From: Vulcanimicrobiota bacterium
GTDB lineage: Bacteria; Vulcanimicrobiota; Vulcanimicrobiia; Vulcanimicrobiales; Vulcanimicrobiaceae
DNA length: 64,000 bases
Assembly: GCA_963733295.1 (NCBI GenBank)
Contig: CAVTCS010000003.1
Location: 160,001 to 224,000, forward strand
Direction: 5' to 3'
Below are positions 9,047 through 17,772 of this stretch, in pieces. The number at the start of each line of letters is the position of its first letter. Within the stretch, counting starts at the first letter, position 1. Below the pieces are notes generated by a model. The model did no database searches and was not told the DNA's origin. It saw only the letters and a list, made by a program, of their open reading frames with translations. Made by a program: the position numbers and the translations under genes.

Positions 9047-11859
9047 CAAAACTCTGACCACGGACTACCGTTCGACGCTGGCGCTTCCCAAGACGGATTT
9101 CCCGATGCGGGCGGACCTTGCCAAGCGCGAGCCGGCCCGCGTCGCCTGGTGGAAGGAGCACGACGTCTACACGCGGCGTTTGCAGCGCAACGCAGCCAAT
9201 CCGCCCTGGATCCTCCACGACGGTCCGCCCTACGCGAACGGTCAAGTGCACATGGGGACGTTCTTGAACCGCGTGATGAAAGACGTCTTCGTCAAGGTTC
9301 ATCTGCTCGACGGACGCTACGCGAAGTTCGTGCCGGGCTGGGACATGCACGGTCTGCCGATCGAGTTCGAAACGCTCAAGCACCTCGGGTTGCACTTCCG
9401 CGACATCGACCCGATCGCGCTGCGCGCCGCGTGCCGGGAGCGCGCCGAGCATTGGATGGACGTACAGCGCGAAACGTTCTTGCGGCTCGGGCAGTTCGGA
9501 GACTTCGAACATCCCTACCGCACGATCGACGCCGAATTCGAAGCGACGATCGTCGAGACGCTGGCCGATCTCGCCGAGCAGGGGCAGCTGTACAAGGGCC
9601 TGCGCGCGACGCTCTGGTGTATCGTCGACGAGACCGCGCTCGCCGAAGCCGAGATCGAGTATAAAGACCGCACCTCGCCGTCGATCTACGTGCGGTTCCC
9701 CGCCGATGCCGCGCAGCGTGACGACTTGCTGCTCCGCACGGAATTGGAAGCGGCCGGCGCTGCGCCGCTCTCGATTTTGATCTGGACGACGACGCCATGG
9801 ACGCTTCCGGGGAACGCCGCGGTCGCGGTTAAACCCGAAGCGCAGTACGGAATCTACCGCCGGGGCGACGAGTTGCTGCTGGTCGCGGACGCGCTCGCCG
9901 AGAGCGTCTTCGCGCGCGCGCCCGGACGCGCCGGCCGAACGGCTCGGCGGAGCGCAAGGCAGCGCGCTCGTCGGCGCGGCGGTACGGCATCCGTTGCTCG
10001 CCCGCGATTCGAAGATCGTCGGTGCGGAATACGTCGAACTGGATACGGGAACCGGCGCCGTCCACACCGCGCCCGGACACGGCGCCGACGACTTCGAGAC
10101 GGGCTTGAAGTTCGGCTTGCCGGTGTACAGTCCGGTCGATGCGCGCGGAAAGTTCACGAGCGAAGCGGTAGCGTACTCCGGACTCGAAGTGTTCGCGGCC
10201 AACGAGCGCATCGTAGCCGATTTGGAATCGAGCGGCCGGCTCTTCGCACGCGAGAGCTACGAGCATTCGTACCCGCACTGCTGGCGCTGCAAGAACCCCG
10301 TCATCTTTCGTGCGACGTCGCAGTGGTTCATCGCGATGGACGTCAACCGTCTGCGCAAGCGCATCGTCGAGAAGATCCCGCACGTGAAGTGGACGCCCGC
10401 CTGGGGCGAGGCGCGCATGACGCAGATGATCGAGCATCACCCCGAGTGGTGCATCTCGCGTCAGCGCACCTGGGGCACGCCGATCCCCGCGCTCGCATGC
10501 CTCGACTGCGGCACCGCCTTCATCGATCCCGACGTCGCGCGCAACGTGGCGAAGGTCTTTCGCGAACGCGCGGTTCCCGGCAAGAACGCCTCCGACGCGT
10601 GGTGGACCGACGACGTCGCGGCGTTCCTCCCGCCGAATTTGACCTGCCCGCACTGCCACGGTCGCGCGTTCGAGAAAGAGTTCAACATCGTCGACATCTG
10701 GTTCGAATCCGGCGTGACGCATCGCGCAGTCCTCAAGAAGCGCGAAGGTCTGCATTGGCCGGCCGACCTTTACCTCGAGGGCAGCGATCAATTCCGCGGC
10801 TGGTTTCGCAGCAATCTCGTCACCGCCGTGGCGACGCTAGGTGCGCCACCGTATCGTGGCGTCGTCGCGACCGGGTGGGTCGTCGACGCGGAAGGCCGCG
10901 CGATGCACAAGTCGGCCGGCAATTTCATCGCCGCGGAAGACGCGATGAACAAATACGGCGCCGACGTGTTACGGCTCTGGACCGCCTCGGTCGATTTCAC
11001 CGCAGACATGCGCTTCGGCGAGACGTTGCTCGAAGGCGTCGGTAGCGTCTACCGTAACTTCCGCTATCGCTTGCGGATGCTGCTCGGGTTGCTCGATGAC
11101 TTCGCGCTCGACAAAACGGTTCCGCGAGACGAACTGCACCCGCTCGACCGCCTGGCGCTGGCGAAGCTCGACGACGTCGCGCGCAGCGTTTCCAGCGCGT
11201 ACCGCGAGTACCGCTTGCACGACGTGTATCTGGCTTTGATCGCGTTCGATGCCGAGGACCTTTCGAGTTTCTACATCGACGCGCTCAAGGATCCGATGTA
11301 CTCGGGCGAACGCGACGGCAAACGGCGCCGCAGCGCGCAAACCGCGCTCTTCGAGATTCTGAAGGCCTCGATCGCGATGCTCGCTCCGCTCACTTCGTTT
11401 ACCTCCGAAGAGGCGTGGCAGCACGTTCCCGGGCGGCTGCGCGGCGACGCGTTCTCGGCGTTCGATTTGCCGCTGTCGGCGGGCAGCGAGCGCGGAACGC
11501 TCGAGAAAGCTCAACTCGACGAGTGGGCCGCGCTCAAACGTCTGCGCGCGACCGTCGCCTCCGCCGAAGGAATGCGCGACTTCCAGCTGCAGGCCGACGT
11601 CTACGCGCCGGCAGCACTTGCAGCGAAGCTCGCCGCGCTCGGCGACGACCTGCGGGAAGCGTTGATCGTGTCGGATCTGCACCTCCACGTCGATCCGGAG
11701 GCGGCAGCCGAGGCCGAGCCACGCGTCGTCCTTTCCCCCGCCTCAGGCGAGAAGTGCGAGCGCTGCTGGAAATACTTGGCGCTGGGAAGCGACCCGTTGC
11801 ATCCGACGCTGTGCGCGCCGTGCGCCGCGATCGTCCGCGGCTTCGACGCCGCTGCCTGA
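9039..11859 (+). CDS. ileS: Isoleucyl-tRNA synthetase (type 1, C-terminal Zn finger), interrupted by one +1 frameshift near 9910-9925
   Basis: First frame has LPKTDFPMRA, HDGPPYANG, GWDMHGLPIE and WTTTPWT. Second frame has GTGAVHTAPGHG, WCISRQRTWG, EGSDQFRGWF, AMHKS and CERCW...LCAPC. The gene is essential, so the break is probably a sequence error. Confidence 0.93.
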
Positions 11860-11923
11860 TTCAATCGCGCTGCGTCCCGCGGCGTGGACGGATCGTGAAG
11901 CAATCCTCGGCCTGACGCTCGCG

Positions 11924-13069
11924 ATGGGCGGGCACGACGACGTCGCAGCGAACGCCGATCCGCTGCGCCATTTGGCAACGCTCTTGCGGCGCAGCGATGC
12001 GCGCGTCGTAGTAGCGGAAAGTGGCGGACGAGTCGCCGGCTTTGCGGAAATCCAAGCGCGTCCGACCTCGATCGGCGATGCATACGAGGCCTGGCTCGGA
12101 GCTCTCGCCGTTGCGCCGGATCTGCGCGGGCGCGGCATCGGAAGCGCGTTACTCGCAGCCGTCGACGGCGCCGCGCGCGAGCTCGGCTGTTCGCGCATCG
12201 AACTCGAAAGCTCCGAATGGCGCGACGAGGCGCACGCTTTCTACCGCGAGCGCGGCTACGACGAACGTACGCCGGCGCGGCGTTTCCGCCGTCAGGTTCC
12301 CGAGCGCCGGCACGCCTCGCTCGAAGAGCGCTTCCTCGACGCAGCGGCGCGCGCGGCGACCGGTGTCGTCTCGGCGATCGTCGACCTCGCAGCGCTCGAA
12401 GCGGTTGGCATGGGCGCCGACGGTGCGCCGACCGAAGCCGGAGATCGCGCTGCCGAGCGAGCCGCGCTCGAAGCGCTCGCGCCGCTCGGCATCCCAATCG
12501 TCAGCGAAGAGCGCGGGCTGATCGGCCCGATGCCGCGGACCGGTGACGCGTGGATCGCGCTCGATCCGCTCGACGGCAGCCGCAATTTCCGCGCGGGATA
12601 CCCGCCGTATGCGACGGCGATGGGTCTCGTGCGCGACGGGCGTCCGCTGGCGGGCTTCGTGTGCGAACTGGTTTCCGGCCGGCGCTGGTCGGCGCGCAGC
12701 GGCGGCGGTGCGTTTGCCGACGGCCGCGCCGTGCGGGCGCGGCGAGGAACGTTGCTCGGGCTGCCAAGTCCGATGCGCGATCGCGACGTGCCGCGTCCGC
12801 CGGGCGGCGCGCAGCGCATTCGCGTCTCGGGAAGCACCAGCATCGATTTGTGCCGGGTCGCGGAGGGCTCGCTGGGCGCGTTCGTCGCGTTCGAGCGAGG
12901 AGTGGTCCACGTGCACGATCTCGCCGGTCCGCTCGCGATCCTGATCGAGGCGGGCGCGACCGTCATCGACAAATCGGGCGCGGTCCCGCTGCTCGAGCCG
13001 GATCCTCAAGCCGTCTTTCACGTCGTCGCGGCGGCCGACGCCGATCTAGCGAACGAACTGCGCGGCTAG
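11924..13069 (+). CDS. GNAT acetyltransferase fused to an inositol monophosphatase/FBPase-family domain
   Basis: N-terminal LAVAPDLRGRGIGSALL and AHAFYRERGY; C-terminal GMGADGAPT, IVSEE, LDPLDGSRNF. Confidence 0.8.
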   Translation: MGGHDDVAANADPLRHLATLLRRSDARVVVAESGGRVAGFAEIQARPTSIGDAYEAWLGALAVAPDLRGRGIGSALLAAVDGAARELGCSRIELESSEWRDEAHAFYRERGYDERTPARRFRRQVPERRHASLEERFLDAAARAATGVVSAIVDLAALEAVGMGADGAPTEAGDRAAERAALEALAPLGIPIVSEERGLIGPMPRTGDAWIALDPLDGSRNFRAGYPPYATAMGLVRDGRPLAGFVCELVSGRRWSARSGGGAFADGRAVRARRGTLLGLPSPMRDRDVPRPPGGAQRIRVSGSTSIDLCRVAEGSLGAFVAFERGVVHVHDLAGPLAILIEAGATVIDKSGAVPLLEPDPQAVFHVVAAADADLANELRG

Positions 13070-13666
13070 AGACGTAAGGAGCCTGCGCGCGTCGCTTGCG
13101 ATGTCGGCGGCGGAGCCATCGGGCGGATATTCGATCAAGATCCGTCCGTTCTCATCGACCAAGTAAATCGTTTCGCCGTGCACGAACTCGCGCGACGCCG
13201 GTGCGACTTCGACGCCGAACTCGTTCCAAAGCGTCGCGAGTTGCGCCGGCTCGCTCGTGAATCCGACGATCCGCGAATCGAACGAGCGCGTGAAGGTTCG
13301 TAGCGCGGCCGGCGTGTCGCGCTCGGGGTCGACCGTGACGAAGGCCAGAGCGAGGTTCTTCGGCCGGCCGAGTTCCCGATCGGCGCGCGCCAGCGTCGAC
13401 ATCCCGAGCGGACAGACGTCGGGGCAATGCGTGTAGCCGAAGAACACGAGGGTGTACGCTGCGTCGGCACTGGGGAACCTCGCGCTCGACCCGGCCTCGT
13501 CGGTCAGCTGCAGCGGCACGAAGCTGCGGGCAGGCATGACCGGCGTGCCGCGCATGCTGGCGAGTTGCGTTTGCGAGGCTCGCCATGACAGGAACCCCTC
13601 AAGGCCGAGCGTCAAGGTCGCGACCACGAGGGCCACGATTGCGAGCGTGCGTAGACTAGGCCTCAT
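13046..13666 (-). CDS. SCO1/SenC family copper-binding protein
   Basis: FFGYTHCPDVCP (CxxxC), VTVDPERDT, downstream His, N-terminal TM. Confidence 0.9.
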   Translation of the reverse strand: MRPSLRTLAIVALVVATLTLGLEGFLSWRASQTQLASMRGTPVMPARSFVPLQLTDEAGSSARFPSADAAYTLVFFGYTHCPDVCPLGMSTLARADRELGRPKNLALAFVTVDPERDTPAALRTFTRSFDSRIVGFTSEPAQLATLWNEFGVEVAPASREFVHGETIYLVDENGRILIEYPPDGSAADIASDARRLLTSLAAQFVR

Positions 13667-13705
13667 CCTCGATCTCGTTATGCCTGCTGGATTTGGCCTC
13701 CCTCA

Positions 13706-13734
13706 TTGACAGAGGCGCTAGATCGGTGTAACGT
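13706..13734 (+). promoter_or_regulatory. Sigma70-type promoter for the leader-aroF transcript
   Basis: TTGACA (13706-13711), 17-nt spacer, TAACGT (13729-13734); predicted start site at about 13741-13742. Confidence 0.7.
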
Positions 13735-13741
13735 CAGCGCA

Positions 13742-13807
13742 ATGTCGCTCCGCGCATCGGCCTACTGGTATTGGTTTATCCCGCATGATTCCGTGCCGGT
13801 GAGGTAA
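13742..13807 (+). CDS. Aromatic amino acid attenuator leader peptide MSLRASAYWYWFIPHDSVPVR (21 aa)
   Basis: ATG to TAA ORF with five consecutive aromatic codons (TAC TGG TAT TGG TTT) between the promoter and terminator upstream of aroF. Confidence 0.85.
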   Translation: MSLRASAYWYWFIPHDSVPVR

Positions 13808-13843
13808 AAGCGCGCTTCGAACGCCCCAAAACGTTCCCGTCGG

Positions 13844-13867
13844 CCACCCTCACCGGGTGGTTTTTTT
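13844..13867 (+). terminator. Intrinsic terminator (attenuator) upstream of aroF
   Basis: CCACCC-tcacc-GGGTGG followed by T7; overlapped by an alternative pairing with 13796-13804. Confidence 0.85.
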
Positions 13868-13893
13868 ATTATCAGTCTACGAGGAGACAAAGC

Positions 13894-14724
13894 ATGGCCA
13901 GCCGTCATCCGCTCGCGAGCCGCAGCTCAGCCCGAACCAGCGTCGTCGATGTGGCGGGCGTGCGCTTCGGCGACGGCGAGTTCGTCCTCATCGGCGGACC
14001 TTGCGCCATCGAAGACGCGGACCAAATCGAATCGGTCGCGCAGGCGGTATCGACGGCCGGGGGCGTGATGCTTCGAGGTGGCGCGTACAAGCCTCGCACG
14101 TCGCCGTACGACTTTCAGGGGCTGGGTGACGAAGCGTTGCCTCTCATCGAACGGGCCGGCCGGCTCAGTGGCCTGCCGACGGTCGTCGAAGTCCTCTCCG
14201 AAACTCTGGTCGAGAGGATGGCTGCCCACGTCGACATGCTTCAGATCGGGGCGCGCAACATGCAGAACGTGCCGCTGCTGCGGGCAGCGGCTCGAAGCGG
14301 GCTTCCCATTCTTTTGAAGCGCGGTTCGTCCGCAACGCTCGAAGAGTTGCTCTTAGCGGCCGAGTACGTGTTGCTCGAAGGAAACGCGCGCGTCGTCCTG
14401 TGCGAACGCGGGATCCGGGGTTTCGACTGCGAGACGCGTAACGTGCTCGACCTCGGCGGCGCCCTTCGTCTGCGGGAGTTGACGCACTTGCCGGTCATCG
14501 TCGATCCTTCGCACGCTTCGGGCAGGCGTTCGCTGATCGAGCCGCTGACCGTCGCCGCCGCCGCGGCCGGCCTCGACGGCGCGATCGTCGAGGTTCATCC
14601 GGCCCCGGATCGGGCGCTCTCGGACGCCGCGCAGGCCATCGATTGCGATGCATTCGAGCGGCTCGCGCGGCGGGTTCGCGCTGTTACCGCCGCGCTTCGT
14701 CCAACAGAACCGGCTTACGCGTGA
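13894..14724 (+). CDS. aroF: DAHP synthase (type I-beta) without N-terminal regulatory domain
   Basis: GPCAIE, LRGGAYKPRTSPYDFQG, QIGARNMQN, LCERGIR, IVDPSH; GAGGAG RBS upstream. Confidence 0.92.
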   Translation: MASRHPLASRSSARTSVVDVAGVRFGDGEFVLIGGPCAIEDADQIESVAQAVSTAGGVMLRGGAYKPRTSPYDFQGLGDEALPLIERAGRLSGLPTVVEVLSETLVERMAAHVDMLQIGARNMQNVPLLRAAARSGLPILLKRGSSATLEELLLAAEYVLLEGNARVVLCERGIRGFDCETRNVLDLGGALRLRELTHLPVIVDPSHASGRRSLIEPLTVAAAAAGLDGAIVEVHPAPDRALSDAAQAIDCDAFERLARRVRAVTAALRPTEPAYA

Positions 14725-14727
14725 CGC

Positions 14728-15120
14728 TCAGACGCTGAGATCGTACCGGTCGCCGCTGCTGTCGCAGCCGTTCGCCGTACGCGGGTCCATACGGAACGTG
14801 AACGTCGTCGTTCCGTCGCCCGCGTCCGAATTGCGTTGGAACGAATAGAGGAACGTATACGTTCCTCCGGCTTTCAGCGGCGGAACGCCTTTCTGATCGA
14901 CCTTCGTGCCGTCGCGGTAGATATCGACGGACTGCAGCACGTTCCCGGCTTGGGAGAGGTCGCCGCGGTTCAGCACGCTCACCCGCAGCGTGTAGTCGTT
15001 GATTTCGCCGACCTGCGTCGTGCGGTCGACGGCGACCGACGAGATGGCCGGAAGTGCGCCGGCACACGGCGCTCCCATGCCGTTCTGCGCTATTAACGTT
15101 GCCAAAAGAATCGCAAACAT
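14728..15120 (-). CDS. Hypothetical secreted protein (beta-rich, CARDB/Ig-like)
   Basis: Signal-like N-terminus, Cys pair, V.N.G...PL.AG pattern; GGGGAA upstream. Confidence 0.55.
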   Translation of the reverse strand: MFAILLATLIAQNGMGAPCAGALPAISSVAVDRTTQVGEINDYTLRVSVLNRGDLSQAGNVLQSVDIYRDGTKVDQKGVPPLKAGGTYTFLYSFQRNSDAGDGTTTFTFRMDPRTANGCDSSGDRYDLSV

Positions 15121-15132
15121 CGTACGTTCCCC

Positions 15133-15594
15133 CTACTTCGAGGCGGGCTCGGGCATCGCGTCGCGATCCTCGTCGGGGCCGTCGTACGGCGGGTTAACGA
15201 CTTTACCATCGGCAAAGGTCGCCGTCACGACGCGGCACATTTCCGGTCCGGCTCCGGCCCACGCAACGCCGCCGAGCTGGTTAAACTGATGCGTGATCGC
15301 CGTTTGGTACCCGAAGGATCCGGTGTCGGTCACCGTCACGGGCTTACCGGCATAGCGCACCCGAAAGGTTATCGACGTCAGCGCGCTTCCCTCGACGTTG
15401 TTGAAGTAATTAATGCGCAAGCTGTTCGGGCTGACCGTGCTGTTGCTCGTGTTCTCGTTCACGGTGCACGAGGTGATCGTCACCGGTCCCGATTTATACG
15501 GAAACTGTTGCTTGGGCAGCGGTTGGGCCGCCGCGGTGCCCGCGAGAGCAAGCATTGCGAGGAGGGCGGCTCCGCCCGTCAGTTGTTTGGTCAT
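15133..15594 (-). CDS. Hypothetical secreted protein
   Basis: Signal peptide ending AAA-Q, Cys pair, GGAGG RBS. Confidence 0.7.
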   Translation of the reverse strand: MTKQLTGGAALLAMLALAGTAAAQPLPKQQFPYKSGPVTITSCTVNENTSNSTVSPNSLRINYFNNVEGSALTSITFRVRYAGKPVTVTDTGSFGYQTAITHQFNQLGGVAWAGAGPEMCRVVTATFADGKVVNPPYDGPDEDRDAMPEPASK

Positions 15595-15692
15595 GTCAAC
15601 CTCCGCCCCGGTTCTTGCCCGCTGAGTGCGCTATCCAAAACGCACCTGGCTCGCCGAGCAGAGAAGCGAGCACCTTCCTGAGGGGTATGCTC

Positions 15693-16610
15693 TTAGCGTT
15701 GCGTTCCGTAAGTGAGCCACGCGTCGTAGCGTGGCTCCCCTCCGCGGACCGCGCGCGAATAAATGTAGCGTAGCCGTTCGGTGACGGGACGATCGATCGA
15801 GTATTCGTGGTCGTCGACACAGAGGATGGGGATGATCTCGGCGGCGGTTCCGGTGAAGAACGCCTCGTCGGCGGCGAGCAGATCGGCCGGCGAAATCGGA
15901 CCGATCGTACAGCCGATTCCTTCGTCACGAGCGATGCGCAAGACGGAGTCGCGCGTGATCCCGTACAGGATGTCGGCCGACGCGTCGTTCGTGCGCAGAG
16001 CGCCGTCCGCAACGATGAAGATATTCTCGCCGCTTCCCTCGCAGACGTCGCCGCGATCGTTGAGCAGGATTGCCTCGTCGAAACCGCGCGCGACCGCGTC
16101 CTGAAGCGCCAGCACGGAATTCGTGTAGTGTCCGCCGGCCTTGACCGTCGAGGGCATCGCCAGCGACGAGAACTTTTGCACCGGTGAAATCGTCGCTCGC
16201 GCGCCGGGCGCGCCTTCCATGAGCGGAGGAAAACCGAAAACCGCGATCATCACGTGCGTCGAACAGCGCATCCGGGGTGCGAGCGCGATCGTTTCGTCGC
16301 CGAAATAGGCGAGCGGCCGCAGGTAGGCATCGTCCAGACCGCTGGCCGCGAGCGTCTCGAGTGCAGCGGCGTGGAGTTCCTCGAGCGAGTACGCGATCGA
16401 AAGACCGTAATGGTTCGCCGACGCAAAAAAGCGACTGAGATGATCGTCGAGCCGGAAGATCGCGACGCCGCGCGGCGTCGGATAGGCGCGGATGCCCTCG
16501 AAGACCGAGGTTCCGTAATGCAGCCCGTGTGCGAGAATCGGTGCGTGCGCCTCGTTCGCGTCGACGACGCGTCCCTCGATCCAATACGTGCGTCCGGGCG
16601 AGGCCTTCAC
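15693..16610 (-). CDS. ilvE: Branched-chain amino acid aminotransferase (PLP class IV)
   Basis: LHYGTSVFEGIRAY, KAGGHY, EGSGENIF, GITR, FFTGTAAEI. Confidence 0.92.
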   Translation of the reverse strand: MKASPGRTYWIEGRVVDANEAHAPILAHGLHYGTSVFEGIRAYPTPRGVAIFRLDDHLSRFFASANHYGLSIAYSLEELHAAALETLAASGLDDAYLRPLAYFGDETIALAPRMRCSTHVMIAVFGFPPLMEGAPGARATISPVQKFSSLAMPSTVKAGGHYTNSVLALQDAVARGFDEAILLNDRGDVCEGSGENIFIVADGALRTNDASADILYGITRDSVLRIARDEGIGCTIGPISPADLLAADEAFFTGTAAEIIPILCVDDHEYSIDRPVTERLRYIYSRAVRGGEPRYDAWLTYGTQR

Positions 16611-16653
16611 GTTAGCGCGGCTTCCAGACCTTCGATGCGGACGCCTTCGCGAG

Positions 16654-17772
16654 TCAGTCCGGCGTTGGGGCTAAGGCGCCGAGGGTCGCGTCGCGGAAGA
16701 CGCTCCAGCGCGCTCGTTCGATCGCGTCACGAGCTTCTCGCACGACATCCAGCAGGAGCGCGAGGTTGTGGTATGAGAGCAGGCGCGGGCCGAGCATTTC
16801 TTCGGCGCGGAAGAGATGCGAGAGGTAGGCGCGGGTGAACGTCGCGCACACCGAACAGGCGCACCTGGCATCGAGCGGCCCTTGATCGGTTGCGAAGCCG
16901 GCGTTGCGGATGTTGAGATCGCCCTCGCGAGTCATCGCACGGCCGTTACGGCCGCAACGCGTCGGATAGACGCAGTCGAAAAGGTCGATGCCGCAATCGA
17001 TCGCGGAAATCACGTCGCGCACCGTACCGACGCCCATGAGATAGCGCGGCCGGTCCGGCGGCAGGAGCTCCGCGGTAGAGCGCGCGGTGCGCTCGAGCTC
17101 GGCGCGCGACTCACCCACCGACAGCCCGCCGATGGCGTAACCCGGGAGGTCGAGTGCGACGAGGTCCCGAGCGCTGCGGGCCCGCGCGCGCTCGTCCAGT
17201 CCGCCTTGAACGATGGCGAAGAGGAGGGTCGTGTCGCGGCGGCGCGCCCGGGCGCAGCGCGCCGCCCACAAACTCGTGAGCCTGACCGCTTCGTCGATTG
17301 CGGCGGGTTCGGCCGGAAGCTTGACGCAGACGTCCAGCGCCATCGCGACGTCGACGCCGAGCGCTTCCTGAAACGCGACGACGTTCTCGGGCGTGAAGTG
17401 ATGCTCGCTGCCGTCGAGATGCGAGCGAAAGCGGACGCCGTCGTCGTCGAGCGTGCGCCGCGACTCCAAACTGAAGACTTGGAATCCGCCGCTGTCGGTG
17501 AGAATCGGCAAATCCCAGCCCATGAACGCATGCAATCCGCCGGCGGCCTCGATCGTTTCCAGACCTGGCCGCAGCCAGAGATGGTAGGTGTTCGCCAAGA
17601 CGATCTGCGTGCCGATCTCGCGCAGATCGTGTGGCGTGAGACCTTTGACGGTGGCCGCAGTTCCAACCGGCATGAACGCGGGCGTGTCGACGCTGCCGTG
17701 AGCGAGCGTCAGCGTGCCTCGTCGCGCTCCGCCGTCCGTCGCGTGCAGTCTGAATGGGTCTGCCGGACTCAA
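16654..17772 (-). CDS. tgt: tRNA-guanine transglycosylase
   Basis: TPAFMPVGT, NTYHL, DSGGFQ, GGLSVGE, CxCxxC...H Zn site. TTG at 17772 overlaps the rluD stop. Confidence 0.95.
   Translation of the reverse strand: MSPADPFRLHATDGGARRGTLTLAHGSVDTPAFMPVGTAATVKGLTPHDLREIGTQIVLANTYHLWLRPGLETIEAAGGLHAFMGWDLPILTDSGGFQVFSLESRRTLDDDGVRFRSHLDGSEHHFTPENVVAFQEALGVDVAMALDVCVKLPAEPAAIDEAVRLTSLWAARCARARRRDTTLLFAIVQGGLDERARARSARDLVALDLPGYAIGGLSVGESRAELERTARSTAELLPPDRPRYLMGVGTVRDVISAIDCGIDLFDCVYPTRCGRNGRAMTREGDLNIRNAGFATDQGPLDARCACSVCATFTRAYLSHLFRAEEMLGPRLLSYHNLALLLDVVREARDAIERARWSVFRDATLGALAPTPD

Noticed and set aside
10695..10720. GGTTCGAATCC, resembling a tRNA T-arm
   Set aside because: It encodes WFES inside ileS; no cloverleaf around it.
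9039..11859. ileS as a true pseudogene or two separate genes
   Set aside because: The enzyme is essential, all motifs are intact, and a single base change restores it.
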